This document shows, piece by piece, positions 1 to 9,419 of a DNA stretch of 64,000 nucleotides. Both the position numbers and the translations under genes were made by a program. Source of the stretch: an uncultured Gammaproteobacteria bacterium (GTDB lineage Bacteria > Pseudomonadota > Gammaproteobacteria > CAWCPV01); contig CAWCPV010000007.1 in NCBI GenBank assembly GCA_963797555.1, forward strand, positions 96,001 through 160,000, given 5' to 3'. The notes beneath the pieces are model-generated. The model saw only the letters and a program-made list of their open reading frames with translations. It searched no databases and had not been told where the DNA came from. Numbering within the stretch: the first letter of the stretch is position 1; each line of letters opens with the position of its first letter.

Positions 1-390
1 ACGAGGATTTGTCGACTATCCGGACCAAACCGACTGGGAAGGTGTATCCCTGCGTTTTGAGGCAGCTTTGCAGGAACCCTTGCCTGCGCGTGGCCACGGA
101 TGATGTCTCTCGGACGCTCGCGTAATGTCCTGGCCGGCTGAGAGTGGGCCGGCTGGCTGGGATCGCCATTAGCTAGCCGATTTTTCAGAGGATCCACCCC
201 ACCTTGCATCGCCTCGAAGCTCCACTGTTCTTCTCCAAGGCGTCCCGGCGGGTAGCCCGTAGCCCAGACGCTGGCGTCAGCCGGAATGCGGAGACCCTAC
301 GCTTTTCGCCGACACGGCCCGCAAGCGTTATTCTTCCCATCGCTTCCGCCCCGCTCCTGGGCAGAGAGGGCGTGCTAACGGCGCCCAAGC

Positions 391-953
391 TCAATCCGCC
401 CACAGGCCGGCCATCTCCAGGGAGATGGCGTCGAAGGGCTCGATGCGGACCGCGTCGTCGCCGACCCACGCGCCGAGCAGGAGCCAGCGGCCTTCGCGGT
501 TAGTGTAGGCCTCCAGCAGGCGGGCATCGGGGTCGATGAGCCAGCAGTGAGATGTGCCGGCGGCGGCATAGCGCGGGAGCTTGAGCACCCGGTCGGTGCG
601 GGCCGTAGCGGGCGAGAGGACCTCGCAAACCCAGTCGGGCGCGAGCTCGAACCACGCCGTCTGGGCAGCTTCGGCATCCGCTCGCGCCGCCAGCCGACGA
701 GGTCGGGTACCAGGATGTCTTCGCCGAGATGCAGTTCGGGCTCGTCGAGGATCCACCAGCCGCCGGGGCCGCTGCCCCGGCCTCTTCCAAAGGGACCTAC
801 CAGCTCGCCGCCGAGCAGCGAAGCTGCCAGTGCATGGCGCGGCGCGGGCCGCGGGTGGGTGTGGATTTCGCCCGCGATGATCTCGCCGACCACGTTGTCC
901 GGCAGATCGAAGAGGTCCTCGTAGCGGGCGCGGCGTCCTGCGGGCTCGGTCAT
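391..953 (-). CDS. Uma2 family (DUF820) putative endonuclease, copy 1; 1-bp frameshift near 662
   Basis: MTEPA..ARYEDLFDLPDNVVGEII..PRPAPRHA..GGWWILDEPELHLG..LVPDLVGWRRERMP continues in a second frame as WFELAPDWVCEVLSPATARTDR..WLIDPDAR. Near-identical to copy 2. Confidence 0.9.
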
Positions 954-987
954 GGGGTCGCGTGTCCTGGAGACTGCGCTTCACTGC

Positions 988-993
988 ATTATA
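988..993 (-). promoter_or_regulatory. -10 box (TATAAT) upstream of Uma2 copy 1
   Basis: TATAAT on the minus strand about 35 bp upstream of the ATG. The same position holds TATAAT in copy 2 (3288-3293) and TACAAT in copy 3 (4596-4601). Confidence 0.6.
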
Positions 994-1127
994 GCGGATG
1001 CCATGGTGTTCGCCGCCTCGAGGATCGAGGGGCACATCCTTCCCTCGGGTTCGGTCGCGATGAAAGCCGGCCGCTCGATTTCCCCTGCGCCCCATCGGGG
1101 CTGGCCGCCGGAACCGCTGACATCATG

Positions 1128-1149
1128 GTGCCAATGAATTCGCACCTAC
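1128..1149 (-). repeat. GTAG-family REP
   Basis: Minus strand reads GTAGGTGCGAATTCATTGGCAC: GTAG tetranucleotide plus an imperfect palindrome. Confidence 0.8.
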
Positions 1150-1341
1150 CCCCAAAGCGGAGCTAAAGCGCGTGCAGGCGGTTTCGTGTCCTCGGGCTTT
1201 CCCCTGCTTCTGGCTGGATTCCTCCCCGTATTATTTGGCTCTGCGACGCCACTGGCGATTGGCAGGATGTTCGGGATGGCGGTACGCCGACGGTCATGCG
1301 CCGGAACCGCCATCGTATTGCGTATAAGCTGGTTGGGGGTG

Positions 1342-1364
1342 GTAGGGCCGAATTCATTCGGCCC
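1342..1364 (+). repeat. GTAG-family REP
   Basis: GTAGGGCCGAATTCATTCGGCCC; stem GGGCCGAA/TTCGGCCC, same family as the copies at 1128 and 2406 with compensatory changes. Confidence 0.85.
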
Positions 1365-1439
1365 GTCACCTACCTGCGCCAATGCGGCGTCCACCAGCGA
1401 TCGGCTCGTTGTCCTCGCACTGCTCCGCTCCCGGAGATA

Positions 1440-1660
1440 AAGTGCCAGATCGGACCGCTGCGGCCGAGGGCCCGATTGACAGCTCTGGCTGAACGTGCGT
1501 TGACGGCTTCATCACCGCCGCCAGCGCGCTTCCTTCCCCGAGTTGAACTAGCCAATGCCGGTGGTCCGGCATTAGCACCCAGGCGAGCGAATCGACCAGC
1601 CCTTCCTCGTGCACCCTGTGCATCTCCGTGACCACCCGCTGCCCGACGCTGGGCTTCAGC
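1440..1660 (-). pseudogene. REP-associated tyrosine transposase (RAYT, Y1 HUH), central fragment
   Basis: VVTEMHRVHEEGLVDSLAWVLMPDHRHWLVQLGEG..LAAVMK then NARSARAVNRALGRSGPIW matches the RAYT AWVxMPDHxHWL motif. Truncated before the catalytic Tyr region. Confidence 0.85.
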
Positions 1661-1739
1661 AGCCCGCCGACGGAGTATCGAGCTACGAGCACCACGGACG
1701 AAGAGCAGCGCCACGGTATCGAGGATACCGCGTGCCCTC

Positions 1740-2036
1740 CTCGTGAGGCGAGGCCAGAGCTTGGGACTGCGTGCCATATGAAGCACAGCCAGCACAAGAA
1801 TCCGCGCTGGTTGAACTACGTAAAACAGGGCATAAGGGAATCGCAATAGGACGGCCCGCCGCACCTCGCCATGCACGAGCGCAAACATTCTCAGGGTGGC
1901 CTTGGATTGACTCGAACGAAGACCGAACGGCCGAAAGAAATTCCTCACCCAGCCCAGCCCCGTGCGCCTCGTACCACCTGAATGCAGCAGCCAAATCGCG
2001 CTCGACGCCGCGACGGAAGACTACCGGTAGAATCAT
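1740..2036 (-). CDS. RelE/ParE family toxin (frameshift near 1888; 3' end approximate)
   Basis: VFRRGVERDLAAAFRWYE..GLGEEF..HPE then FALVHGEVRRAVLLRFPYALFY..ILVLAVLHMARSP. Overlaps the antitoxin stop codon (ATGA). Confidence 0.85.
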
Positions 2037-2263
2037 GAGGCTCGACGGGCCTCGGACAATACCTCTTCCAGGGTCAGAACGTTGGTCGGGTCGCGTTTGT
2101 CCTCGGCCAGCCGTTCTTCGAGAATCGCGATGTGTGCGTCGCTCAGGGGAAGCGACGAGGGATCGATGGCAATGCTTTCCCAGATAAGTTCAACGAGGCG
2201 AAGCCGGTCTTCAACCGGGAGCTTTAGGATTTCCGTTACGTTGACTTCAGCCATAACCACCAC
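2033..2263 (-). CDS. Putative addiction module antitoxin (TIGR02574-like)
   Basis: EILKLPVEDRLRLVELIWESI..LSDAHIAILEERL; directly upstream of the ParE-like toxin. Confidence 0.85.
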   Translation of the reverse strand: MVVMAEVNVTEILKLPVEDRLRLVELIWESIAIDPSSLPLSDAHIAILEERLAEDKRDPTNVLTLEEVLSEARRAS

Positions 2264-2304
2264 CTTACCACTACTGTGTTCAGCGTGCTAAGTTTCAGTT
2301 CAGC

Positions 2305-2392
2305 GAAATACGGGTAGCTCGGTGCGTGGCCGCCGTTATCAGATACACCTGCCCCGGCGCCAGCGGCCCTTGCGCACCTCGTCGTAGGACAT
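2305..2392 (-). pseudogene. RAYT transposase N-terminal fragment
   Basis: MSYDEVRKGRW then, after a frameshift, PGQVYLITAATHR, resembling the RAYT N-terminal LRKGRxSxPGQxYLIT. The ATG lies just downstream of a REP. Confidence 0.7.
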
Positions 2393-2405
2393 CTCCCAGT
2401 CCGTT

Positions 2406-2427
2406 GTGCGAATGAATTCGCACCTAT
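2406..2427 (-). repeat. GTAG-family REP (ATAG variant)
   Basis: Minus strand reads ATAGGTGCGAATTCATTCGCAC with a perfect GTGCGAA/TTCGCAC stem. Confidence 0.8.
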
Positions 2428-2689
2428 CCCACAATTGTAGGATCAGCTCAACGGACGGGATGAGGGGGGCGGCCCTCTTTCCGGGGCTGTGAGGCGCGGG
2501 AAGACCGAGGACATCGTCGTGCTCATGCCCGGACCTTCTTGCGATAGTCGACACATGATAAGTACTACCCTTCCTTTTGCCCCAGTGACATTGACCCGCG
2601 CGGCTCCCCGTTTTCGGGCAGAGGAGGAACTGCGAGATGAAGACCCGGCGCGCTGCGCTCGTCGTGCTTGCGTCTGTACCGGCGCGTGC

Positions 2690-3254
2690 TCAGTCCGCCC
2701 ACAGGCCGGCCATCTCCAGGGCGATCGCGTCGAAGGGCTCGATGCGGACCGCGTCGTCGCCACCCCACGCGCCGAGCAGGAGCCAGCGGCCTTCGCGGTT
2801 AGTGTAGGCTTCCAGCAGGCGGGAATCCGGGTCGATGAACCAGCAGTGCTGGATGCCAGCGGCGGCGTAGCGCGGAAGCTTGAGCACCCGGTCGGTGCGG
2901 GCCGTAGCGGGCGAAAGAACCTCGCAGACCCAGTCGGGTGCAAGCTCGAACCACGCCGTCTCGGGCAGCTTCGGCATCCGCTCGCGCCGCCAGCCGGCGA
3001 GGGCGGGCACCAGGATCTCTTCGCCGAGATGCAGTCTCGGGCTCGTCGAGGATCCACCAGCCGCCGGGGCCGCCGCCCTCGCCCTGATCGAACGGGCCGC
3101 CGACTTTGATTCCGAGCGAGGAGGTGGCCCGCGCATGCCGCGGGGCGGGGCGGGGGTGCGTGTGGACCTCGCCCGCGATGATCTCACCGACCACGTTGTC
3201 CGACAGATCGAAGAGGTCCTCGTAGCGTGCGCGGCGTTCTGCGGGCTCGGCCAT
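2690..3254 (-). CDS. Uma2 family putative endonuclease, copy 2; 1-bp frameshift near 3037
   Basis: MAEPAERRARYEDLFDL..GPGGWWILDEPE then LHLGEEILVP..APDWVCEVLSP..AGLWAD. Confidence 0.9.
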
Positions 3255-3477
3255 GGGTCGTGGGTTCCGGACACTGTGCCTCGCTGCATTATAGCGAACG
3301 CTATGGCGTCCGCCCGCTTCGGAGGAATTGCAGGACACGTCCCTCTCTCAGGTTCGGTGACGGTGGACTCCGGCCGCCAGCGGGCACGGCTCACGCGATG
3401 TCTGCGCTAGAACAAAAGCCGCGTGAGCGTAGCCACTCCACCGGGCAGCAAGCGCAACATTCACTTGATGCGCGAAA

Positions 3478-3520
3478 GTTGAATAGCTTCATCACCGCCG
3501 CCAGCTGGCTCCTTCCCCGC
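3478..3520 (-). pseudogene. Short second RAYT remnant
   Basis: Plus strand ttcatcaccgccgccagc..ccttcccc repeats 1508-1538 (GEG..LAAVMK). Confidence 0.55.
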
Positions 3521-3653
3521 CCAGAAGTTCGAGGCTTCGCCCGGCGTGATATGGATGATTGGCCAAGCCGTCGAATTCGTCGCCTCTGACTCCGGAACGA
3601 TTGGGCATTGTGTTCCCCCCTGCCTTGCTACCATGCTGCATGTCCGACACTTG

Positions 3654-4025
3654 TTAGTTGCTGCGTCCTTCCTGGTCAGCATCAGCGCGAATGGCAGTGA
3701 CCTGCGCGACCAATCCGGGCAAGGCCGTCTGCACCGTCTCCCATACCACGTCAAGGTTAATGTCGAAGTAGCCATGGGCGATGCGATTGCGCATGCCGCG
3801 CATGTTGCGCCAGGGCACTTCCGGGTGGTGCTCGCCGAACTCCGCAAACCGATCCATTAGTCCGGTCGCGGCCTCGCCGATGATGACGAGACTCATGACG
3901 ACCGCTTGCTGGGTGCGCTTGTCGGCAAGGAATTCGTCCTTGCTCATGCCTTCAACGAACCTGCATGCGTCGGACGCCGCTTGCACGACGTGATCGAGGT
4001 AATCGGAAAGGCGCTTCTCGCTCAT
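3654..4025 (-). CDS. HepT/DUF86 HEPN-domain toxin
   Basis: RLSDYLDH..AVVMSLVIIGEA..PEVPWRNMRGMRNRIAHGYFDINLDVVW carries the HEPN RX4H motif. Confidence 0.92.
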   Translation of the reverse strand: MSEKRLSDYLDHVVQAASDACRFVEGMSKDEFLADKRTQQAVVMSLVIIGEAATGLMDRFAEFGEHHPEVPWRNMRGMRNRIAHGYFDINLDVVWETVQTALPGLVAQVTAIRADADQEGRSN

Positions 4026-4312
4026 ACCGGCGCCGCCTCGGCAAGCACTCTCTCCCGGAGCTTTGGCGGCAGGTCGCCTGGGGTCAGCAGATCGACGCTC
4101 GCACCCAACAGTTCTTCGAGTTCGACTTGCAGGCCGCCGAGATCGAAGAGCGTTGCCCCGGGCAGCGCATCCACCAGCAAATCGAGATCGCTGCCGTCGT
4201 GATCGGTGCCGTGCAGCACCGAACCAAAGACACGAGGGTTGGCGGCATGGAAGCGGCTTACCGCTTCGCGCACGGCAGCTCGTTGCAGATCGAGGGCGGT
4301 GGACGGCTTCAT
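4022..4312 (-). CDS. MntA-type minimal nucleotidyltransferase antitoxin
   Basis: MKPS..NPRVFGSVLHGTDHDGSDLDLLVD (GS..DxD motif); translationally coupled to the HEPN gene. Confidence 0.92.
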   Translation of the reverse strand: MKPSTALDLQRAAVREAVSRFHAANPRVFGSVLHGTDHDGSDLDLLVDALPGATLFDLGGLQVELEELLGASVDLLTPGDLPPKLRERVLAEAAPV

Positions 4313-4526
4313 GGACAAAATCAGATTGATGCGGTAACGCAATTATGCGGAGGAGGCCACTGCAAAGTCCATCTTCGTCGGGCGGAGGAGGGCAGGACGA
4401 ATACCTCGTGACCTCGGTAGATCTCGGTCAGCCCGCGTCGGGCGGAAGGCCGCGAGGGCGATCCGGAGGGGCTCTCACTGCGACCTGCTTGCGATGGGCG
4501 AGGCCGTTTGGGAGCGGGGCGGACCA

Positions 4527-4563
4527 TTCGTAGCGGGCGCGGCGTTCTGCGAGTTCAGCCATG
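4527..4563 (-). pseudogene. Uma2 copy 3, 5' stub only
   Basis: MAELAERRARYE then divergence; the upstream region is homologous to those of copies 1 and 2. Confidence 0.75.
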
Positions 4564-4724
4564 GGCCGTGTTCTCGATAGACTGCGGTTTGTCGGATTGT
4601 ACCGGATGCCGTAGCCTGGCCCGCTTTCCAAGATGACGGGAACACAGCCTTTTCTCAAATGCGGCCCGGAGGCATGCCGGCCGCCGCCAGGCATGGTTCA
4701 ACTCGGTTCAACCCCCTGTCCGCG

Positions 4725-4970
4725 CTAGAAGAACGTCTTGAGCACGAGCGCGGCGACTCCCCCGAGCAGCAATCCCAACATCCATTTGATGAGCAGAATG
4801 TCCGCCTTGATGGGCGCGAGCTCGATCTGGAGGTCTTTACGGGTCACTAAATCGGATTCACCTTGGGCTTCGCGGAAGGCGTCGGCGATGGCCTCTGCCT
4901 GAGCTTCGGGCAGCCCCGCATCCTTGAGCCGGCGGATGAACCTGTGTGTATCGAAGGTGGTGGCGGCCAT
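4725..4970 (-). CDS. DUF1640/CCDC90-like coiled-coil membrane-anchored protein
   Basis: TFDTHRFIRRLKDAGLPEAQAEAI..DLVTRKDL..LLIKWMLG with a C-terminal transmembrane helix. Confidence 0.85.
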   Translation of the reverse strand: MAATTFDTHRFIRRLKDAGLPEAQAEAIADAFREAQGESDLVTRKDLQIELAPIKADILLIKWMLGLLLGGVAALVLKTFF

Positions 4971-5089
4971 GGCAGCTCGCTTCTATGCGCGAAGTATACC
5001 ACCCCCGCGCCACGTTCCGGGTGGCGGGTCTGCACGCCTGGAGGAGAACCGGGGGTGAGCAGGCGCAGCAGCCCTCCTGCCGCCAGGAT

Positions 5090-5704
5090 CTACGGAACCG
5101 CTTCGCCGCGCGGCAATTCCGGCCTGTAGGATTGCGGCCATTTCACTTGGCGATAAAGTTCTGACATGGACAGCCGGAGGCCGAGCCGGGGCAGTGCGAT
5201 CTCGGCCTCTAACCCGGCTGCCTCGGTAAGCTTCCACCCGCCCTCCGGCAGGCGCTCGAAGATCTCGCCGTGGGGGCGCTCTTGGTCCAACAAGAGGTAG
5301 TACTCCGGAGACTCGATGGCCCGATAGTGTTCGAACTTGAGGCCCCGGTCGTAGGAGGCGGTGGCAGGGGAGAGGACTTCCACGATCAGGCTGGGGGCTT
5401 CCACATAACGCTCATGGCGCCGTCCCGTCTCGCACAGGAGCATGAGATCCGGATAACAGAAGTGGTCGTGGGAGGCGACGTACAGCTTCATGTCGGCCCC
5501 ATAGACCCGGCAGGGCCACTCCCGCGTGGCGTTGACCAGGGCGGCTCCCGTGTTCATGGAAATCAGAGCATGGCGCTCCGATCCTCCGGCCATCGCGAAG
5601 ACTTCGCCGGCCAAGTACTCGTAGCGGCGATCTTGTTCCTGCTCCAGACGGAAATAGTCCTCGTGAGTGAGGTGCGTCTGGGGGGCGCGCTGCATAATTA
5701 CCAC
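5090..5704 (-). CDS. Uma2 family putative endonuclease (different subfamily)
   Basis: EDYFRLE..RYEYLAGEVFAMAGGSERHALI..YPDLMLLC..PSLIVEVLSPATASYDRGLKFEHYRAI. Confidence 0.92.
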   Translation of the reverse strand: MVIMQRAPQTHLTHEDYFRLEQEQDRRYEYLAGEVFAMAGGSERHALISMNTGAALVNATREWPCRVYGADMKLYVASHDHFCYPDLMLLCETGRRHERYVEAPSLIVEVLSPATASYDRGLKFEHYRAIESPEYYLLLDQERPHGEIFERLPEGGWKLTEAAGLEAEIALPRLGLRLSMSELYRQVKWPQSYRPELPRGEAVP

Positions 5705-6112
5705 TCCGCCCCTAGCCCGCCATGGTGATATTCGCCACCAGGGATTGTGAAAACCCGTGCGGCATGAACAGCGCCATCACCTCCTCCCTCTCGCGGCTCC
5801 TTTCCCGACCATGCAAGCCCTGTCGAGTCGAGGCAGGTAGCGTCCGCGACGTTCGCCGCTCGGTGCACCGGTCAGCGCCGCAACGAAGCCCGATAGACAC
5901 GACTCGCAGAGAAATGGCATTCTAGCACGGGTGCGGTTTAGAGACCAGGAGGGACCCGGGAAGGCGGTAGGCTTTTTCCTCGCTCGCCCCGCGAGGCGGG
6001 GACGGCTTCTCGGCGGGGGCGCCTGTACGCCATGCAGTGGCCCTGACGCCGCGGAAAGAACAAGCTCGGGAGAACGGATGCCGTAGCTCGCCCACGGCGG
6101 AGAGGAGCGAAT

Positions 6113-6215
6113 CGGCGGCGAGTCGCTGACTCAGGTCATACACGAAACGGGGCTCACGATCGCCTTCCCAGCGGGGGAAAGTGGAAGTCGATACCAGAAG
6201 CGCAGGCTTTTGCAC
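6113..6215 (-). pseudogene. GT4 glycosyltransferase 5' stub
   Basis: LLVSTSTFPRWEGDREPRFVYDLSQRLA is a typical GT4 N-terminus. It lies immediately after the GT2 and the rest of the gene is absent. Confidence 0.7.
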
Positions 6216-6225
6216 ATTTATCGAG

Positions 6226-7095
6226 TCACTCGTGCTCGGTATGCGAATACAACAGGTTGGTGATCTGTTCCGAGACGAGTCCAATCAAGAAAATAAGGAT
6301 GGAAGACATGATGAGCAGCGCACTCATATTGGTGAACCGACCATGACTGACATAGGTGTAGACATAGTTTAGAAGTCCGAGCGCGAACTGGAGACCGCTG
6401 ACCGGCAGAAATATCTTGAGAGGGGAATAGAGAGTCCCGACGCGGAAGATGATCACGAGGAAGCGGACCCCGTCGTGCACGGGCCGGATATGGCTGCGGC
6501 TGTTGGCCGTCCGGCGGGCTGCGTGGATGGGTACGTAGGCTATTGGCAAGCCGGCGCGGAAGAAGGCCATGGTGATGGTGGTGGGGTAGGAGAACCCGTT
6601 GGGCAGCAGGTAGAGGAATTCCCGGAACCGATGGGCACGGACCGCGCGGAAGCCGGACGTCAGGTCCTCGACCCGATGTCCTACCATCCAGCTCGCCAGG
6701 CGGTTGTAGCACGCGTTGGCCAAGTTGCGCAGCGCGGAACTCTGCGAGCCGGAATCTCGGGCCCCGACGGCCATATCGTAGCCCATGTCAAGGGCGACGA
6801 GCAGGCCGGGGATGTCTGCGGGGTCGTGCTGGCCGTCGGCATCCATGAACACCAGCGTGCCGCCGTTCGCAGCGCGGGCGCCGGTCTTGACCGCTCCTCC
6901 ATTGCCGACGCCGTAGGGGTGTTGGATAAGGGTGACCCGATGGGCGGAGCATACCTGGGCCGTGTCGTCCTTCGACCCGTCGTCCACGACGATGATTTCG
7001 GCATCCGGGTACCGTTGAACCAGGTCGGGAAGCAGGCTCTTGAGGCTATTCGCCTCGTCTCGGGCCGGCAGGATGATGCTCAGAGGGGGATTCAT
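6226..7095 (-). CDS. GT2 glycosyltransferase, Dpm1/polyprenyl-phosphate sugar synthase-like
   Basis: LSIILPARDE..IIVVDDGSKD..VFMDADGQHDP..DLTSGFRA and two C-terminal transmembrane helices. Confidence 0.9.
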   Translation of the reverse strand: MNPPLSIILPARDEANSLKSLLPDLVQRYPDAEIIVVDDGSKDDTAQVCSAHRVTLIQHPYGVGNGGAVKTGARAANGGTLVFMDADGQHDPADIPGLLVALDMGYDMAVGARDSGSQSSALRNLANACYNRLASWMVGHRVEDLTSGFRAVRAHRFREFLYLLPNGFSYPTTITMAFFRAGLPIAYVPIHAARRTANSRSHIRPVHDGVRFLVIIFRVGTLYSPLKIFLPVSGLQFALGLLNYVYTYVSHGRFTNMSALLIMSSILIFLIGLVSEQITNLLYSHTEHE

Positions 7096-7361
7096 AGGGT
7101 GGTCTTGGCCGTTCTGTTCTTGATTTCGGGAGACCGCCGAGATTCCAGCTCAGGCCGCGCTCATCCCGCCGAGCGCCGACCAGGCTTGAGGGGCTGCTCG
7201 ATCGCGGCGACATGCGGCGTGACGCCGGCTCGCGGCCCGCAGGGAGAAAATGGACTTCTCGCGGAACCCCTTTGAGTTCTCCGATTCTATCAGACGCTGT
7301 TCTGGGCTTCGGAGATGGACCTCCTGTAGGCCATCCCCTTACACACAAATCAGCACCCTGC

Positions 7362-7459
7362 CGTCGTTCCGGCATGGATTGCCGGAATCCAGAGGCCAGG
7401 GACGGCAATCCGATCACATCCCTGTGTCCTGGATTCCGCCATTCCCTGGCGGAATGACG
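7362..7459. repeat. CGTC-family REP inverted dimer (REPIN-like)
   Basis: CGTCGTTCCGGCATGGATTGCCGGAATCCAG...CTGGATTCCGCCATTCCCTGGCGGAATGACG: two hairpins in inverted orientation. Confidence 0.75.
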
Positions 7460-7740
7460 AGATATGTGTAATCCCATGCCTTTCGGGCCCGCCCAAGCCG
7501 ACGTGCCAGGGCCGCCACGCTGCGGGCACCCGGATCGATCGCGTCGATGTCGAATCTCCCCATCTCTCCGGGCGCCCGGGCAGCGGGCTGTCCTGATGAT
7601 CGCTGGTGGATGGTAGCAATCGCCTCGCCCGGTCGTCCACCCCGGCGCTTCGCCGAGCGCGTCGAGCGGTATGGGTCCTCGCTAAGGGGCTTTTCAGATC
7701 ACCGTGCCTAGAGCCGTGCCCGGATCCGGTCACGGGAGTC

Positions 7741-9417
7741 TTATTTGTCACTCACCCCGGCGCTGAGCCGCCGCTCCTCCCTGCGGCGGCTCCTTCCACT
7801 CCAGCAGCGCGGCGGCGATGCCTCGACGTTTCCCATCGGTCTGGTAAGACACGAAGAGCGGTTTGACGGCGTCCTTGACCCGGTCGTAGGGATAGAGCGG
7901 ACGGATAGGTGATGCCTACGGTCGTAGCCGATGTTACGAACAGATAGCGGCAGCGTCTGGCGCGCTCCAGGAACTGGCCCTCGTGGTGTGTTCGGAATCG
8001 GCGTGTAGTACGTGAGCCGCCGGGAGAAAATCATCACCAGGTCGGCGTGCGAAGCGTACACGCAATCTGCGGGGCCCACATAGTCGGGAATCGTTTTGGC
8101 AGCGACGATCACTCGGTGCATCGAACTCGGTGTTACGACGGGCTAGTCGGTCCGATACCGCGCCGAGCCAGACCTCGGTCCGCCTGTAGGGTGAGAGGTC
8201 TGCATCGAGGGGCTGAAGAAATCTTCGCGCCAGAAGCGCGTCGGTAGGAGACGAGACGAGCAGGGCGGCGACGCAGCAAGCATGCGGCATCAGTCTGAGT
8301 GCGGTGTGCCTGCTGCGTTCGACGAGCGTCTGCGACGCCAGCACTGCATAAAGCAGCAGGATGGGCAGAACGACGTAAAGGAACCGGGGAACATGGGCGG
8401 GAAACGGCCAGAACAGGACGATGAGCAGATAGAAGATCACATAAAACGCGTCGAGCCGGCGCCGCCGAAGACGCTGCACCAGTCCCGCCGCTGCCAGAAG
8501 CAGCAGTGCGCTGCAGACGGGAATGGCGCCCCGATAGGTCCAGAAGGTATCGAACGAGGTGATCCAGCTCCTCCACAGCACGACGGCTTGCACCTTGAAA
8601 GTCTTCGCCAAGCCGGCCATCTTGGCTTCGCGCAGAAAGTCGGCGTACATAGCCAGGTACGGCATAGCCCCCGCATGCAGCGACTTGTAGAGGCCCCACA
8701 GGGCTACGGGCAGCGCGCTCACCACGGCGAGGGGTGCCTTCCGCCGCATCCCGCCTCGATGATGGAAGTGGAGGTACAGCAGAAAGGCCGGGATCAGCGC
8801 GACTCCTACGGTTCGCGTCAGCGTCGCGAGGCCCACCAGGGCGGCCGTTGCGTACCACCAGGCTTCCCGGCGCAGCGCTGCCTTGGCGGTCAGGAATGCC
8901 GCCAGCGTCAGGAGCAGGTAGAGGTTCTCGCTGAGCACCCGGAGCGACTGAAAGATTGTGGCGGGGAGGGCGGCGAATGCGACCACGGTGAGCAGGGCGA
9001 GGGCCCGGCTGCCGGTCTCTTGCCTGGCCCAGGCGAAGAAAGCCGCGAGGGAGGCCAGCAAGAAGACGGTGGTGATCAGGTGGGCGAGGGCGATGCGATG
9101 GCTTCCCGCCCCGAGCAACGCCAGGGCCAGCGGGTACAAGGGTGGGAACTGGGCCGTCGAAAAGACCCGCTCGGCGAGGTTGGGTTCGTGGCCGCCGGCC
9201 GCTGCCTCATAGGGGGACAGGTAATCCGCCATGAAGAGGTAACGGACCGAGTCAGACGTGAAGCCCGTGACCGGGATGGGGTAGGTGAGATAGACATAGA
9301 ACGCGCAAAGGGACAGGAAAACGAGCGCTATCGGGAGCGCCCCGGGAATGCCGCGGCCCCTCGAACGGGGCTGGACTGGGCTTCGATCGCGTCGACCAGC
9401 TCACTTTCGGTCGCCAT
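7741..9417 (-). CDS. GT-C fold integral membrane glycosyltransferase (ArnT/PMT-like), frameshifted
   Basis: SDSVRYLFMA..QFPPLYPLALA..VLSENLYL..LATLTRTVG..PRFLYVVLP with many transmembrane helices. Pieces lie in ORFs 7934-9232 and 7741-8121. Confidence 0.75.
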
Positions 9418-9419
9418 CG

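Noticed and set aside
391-5704. Integron cassette array
   Set aside because: I found no convincing RYYYAAC..GTTRRRY attC hairpins after the genes and no intI in the window.
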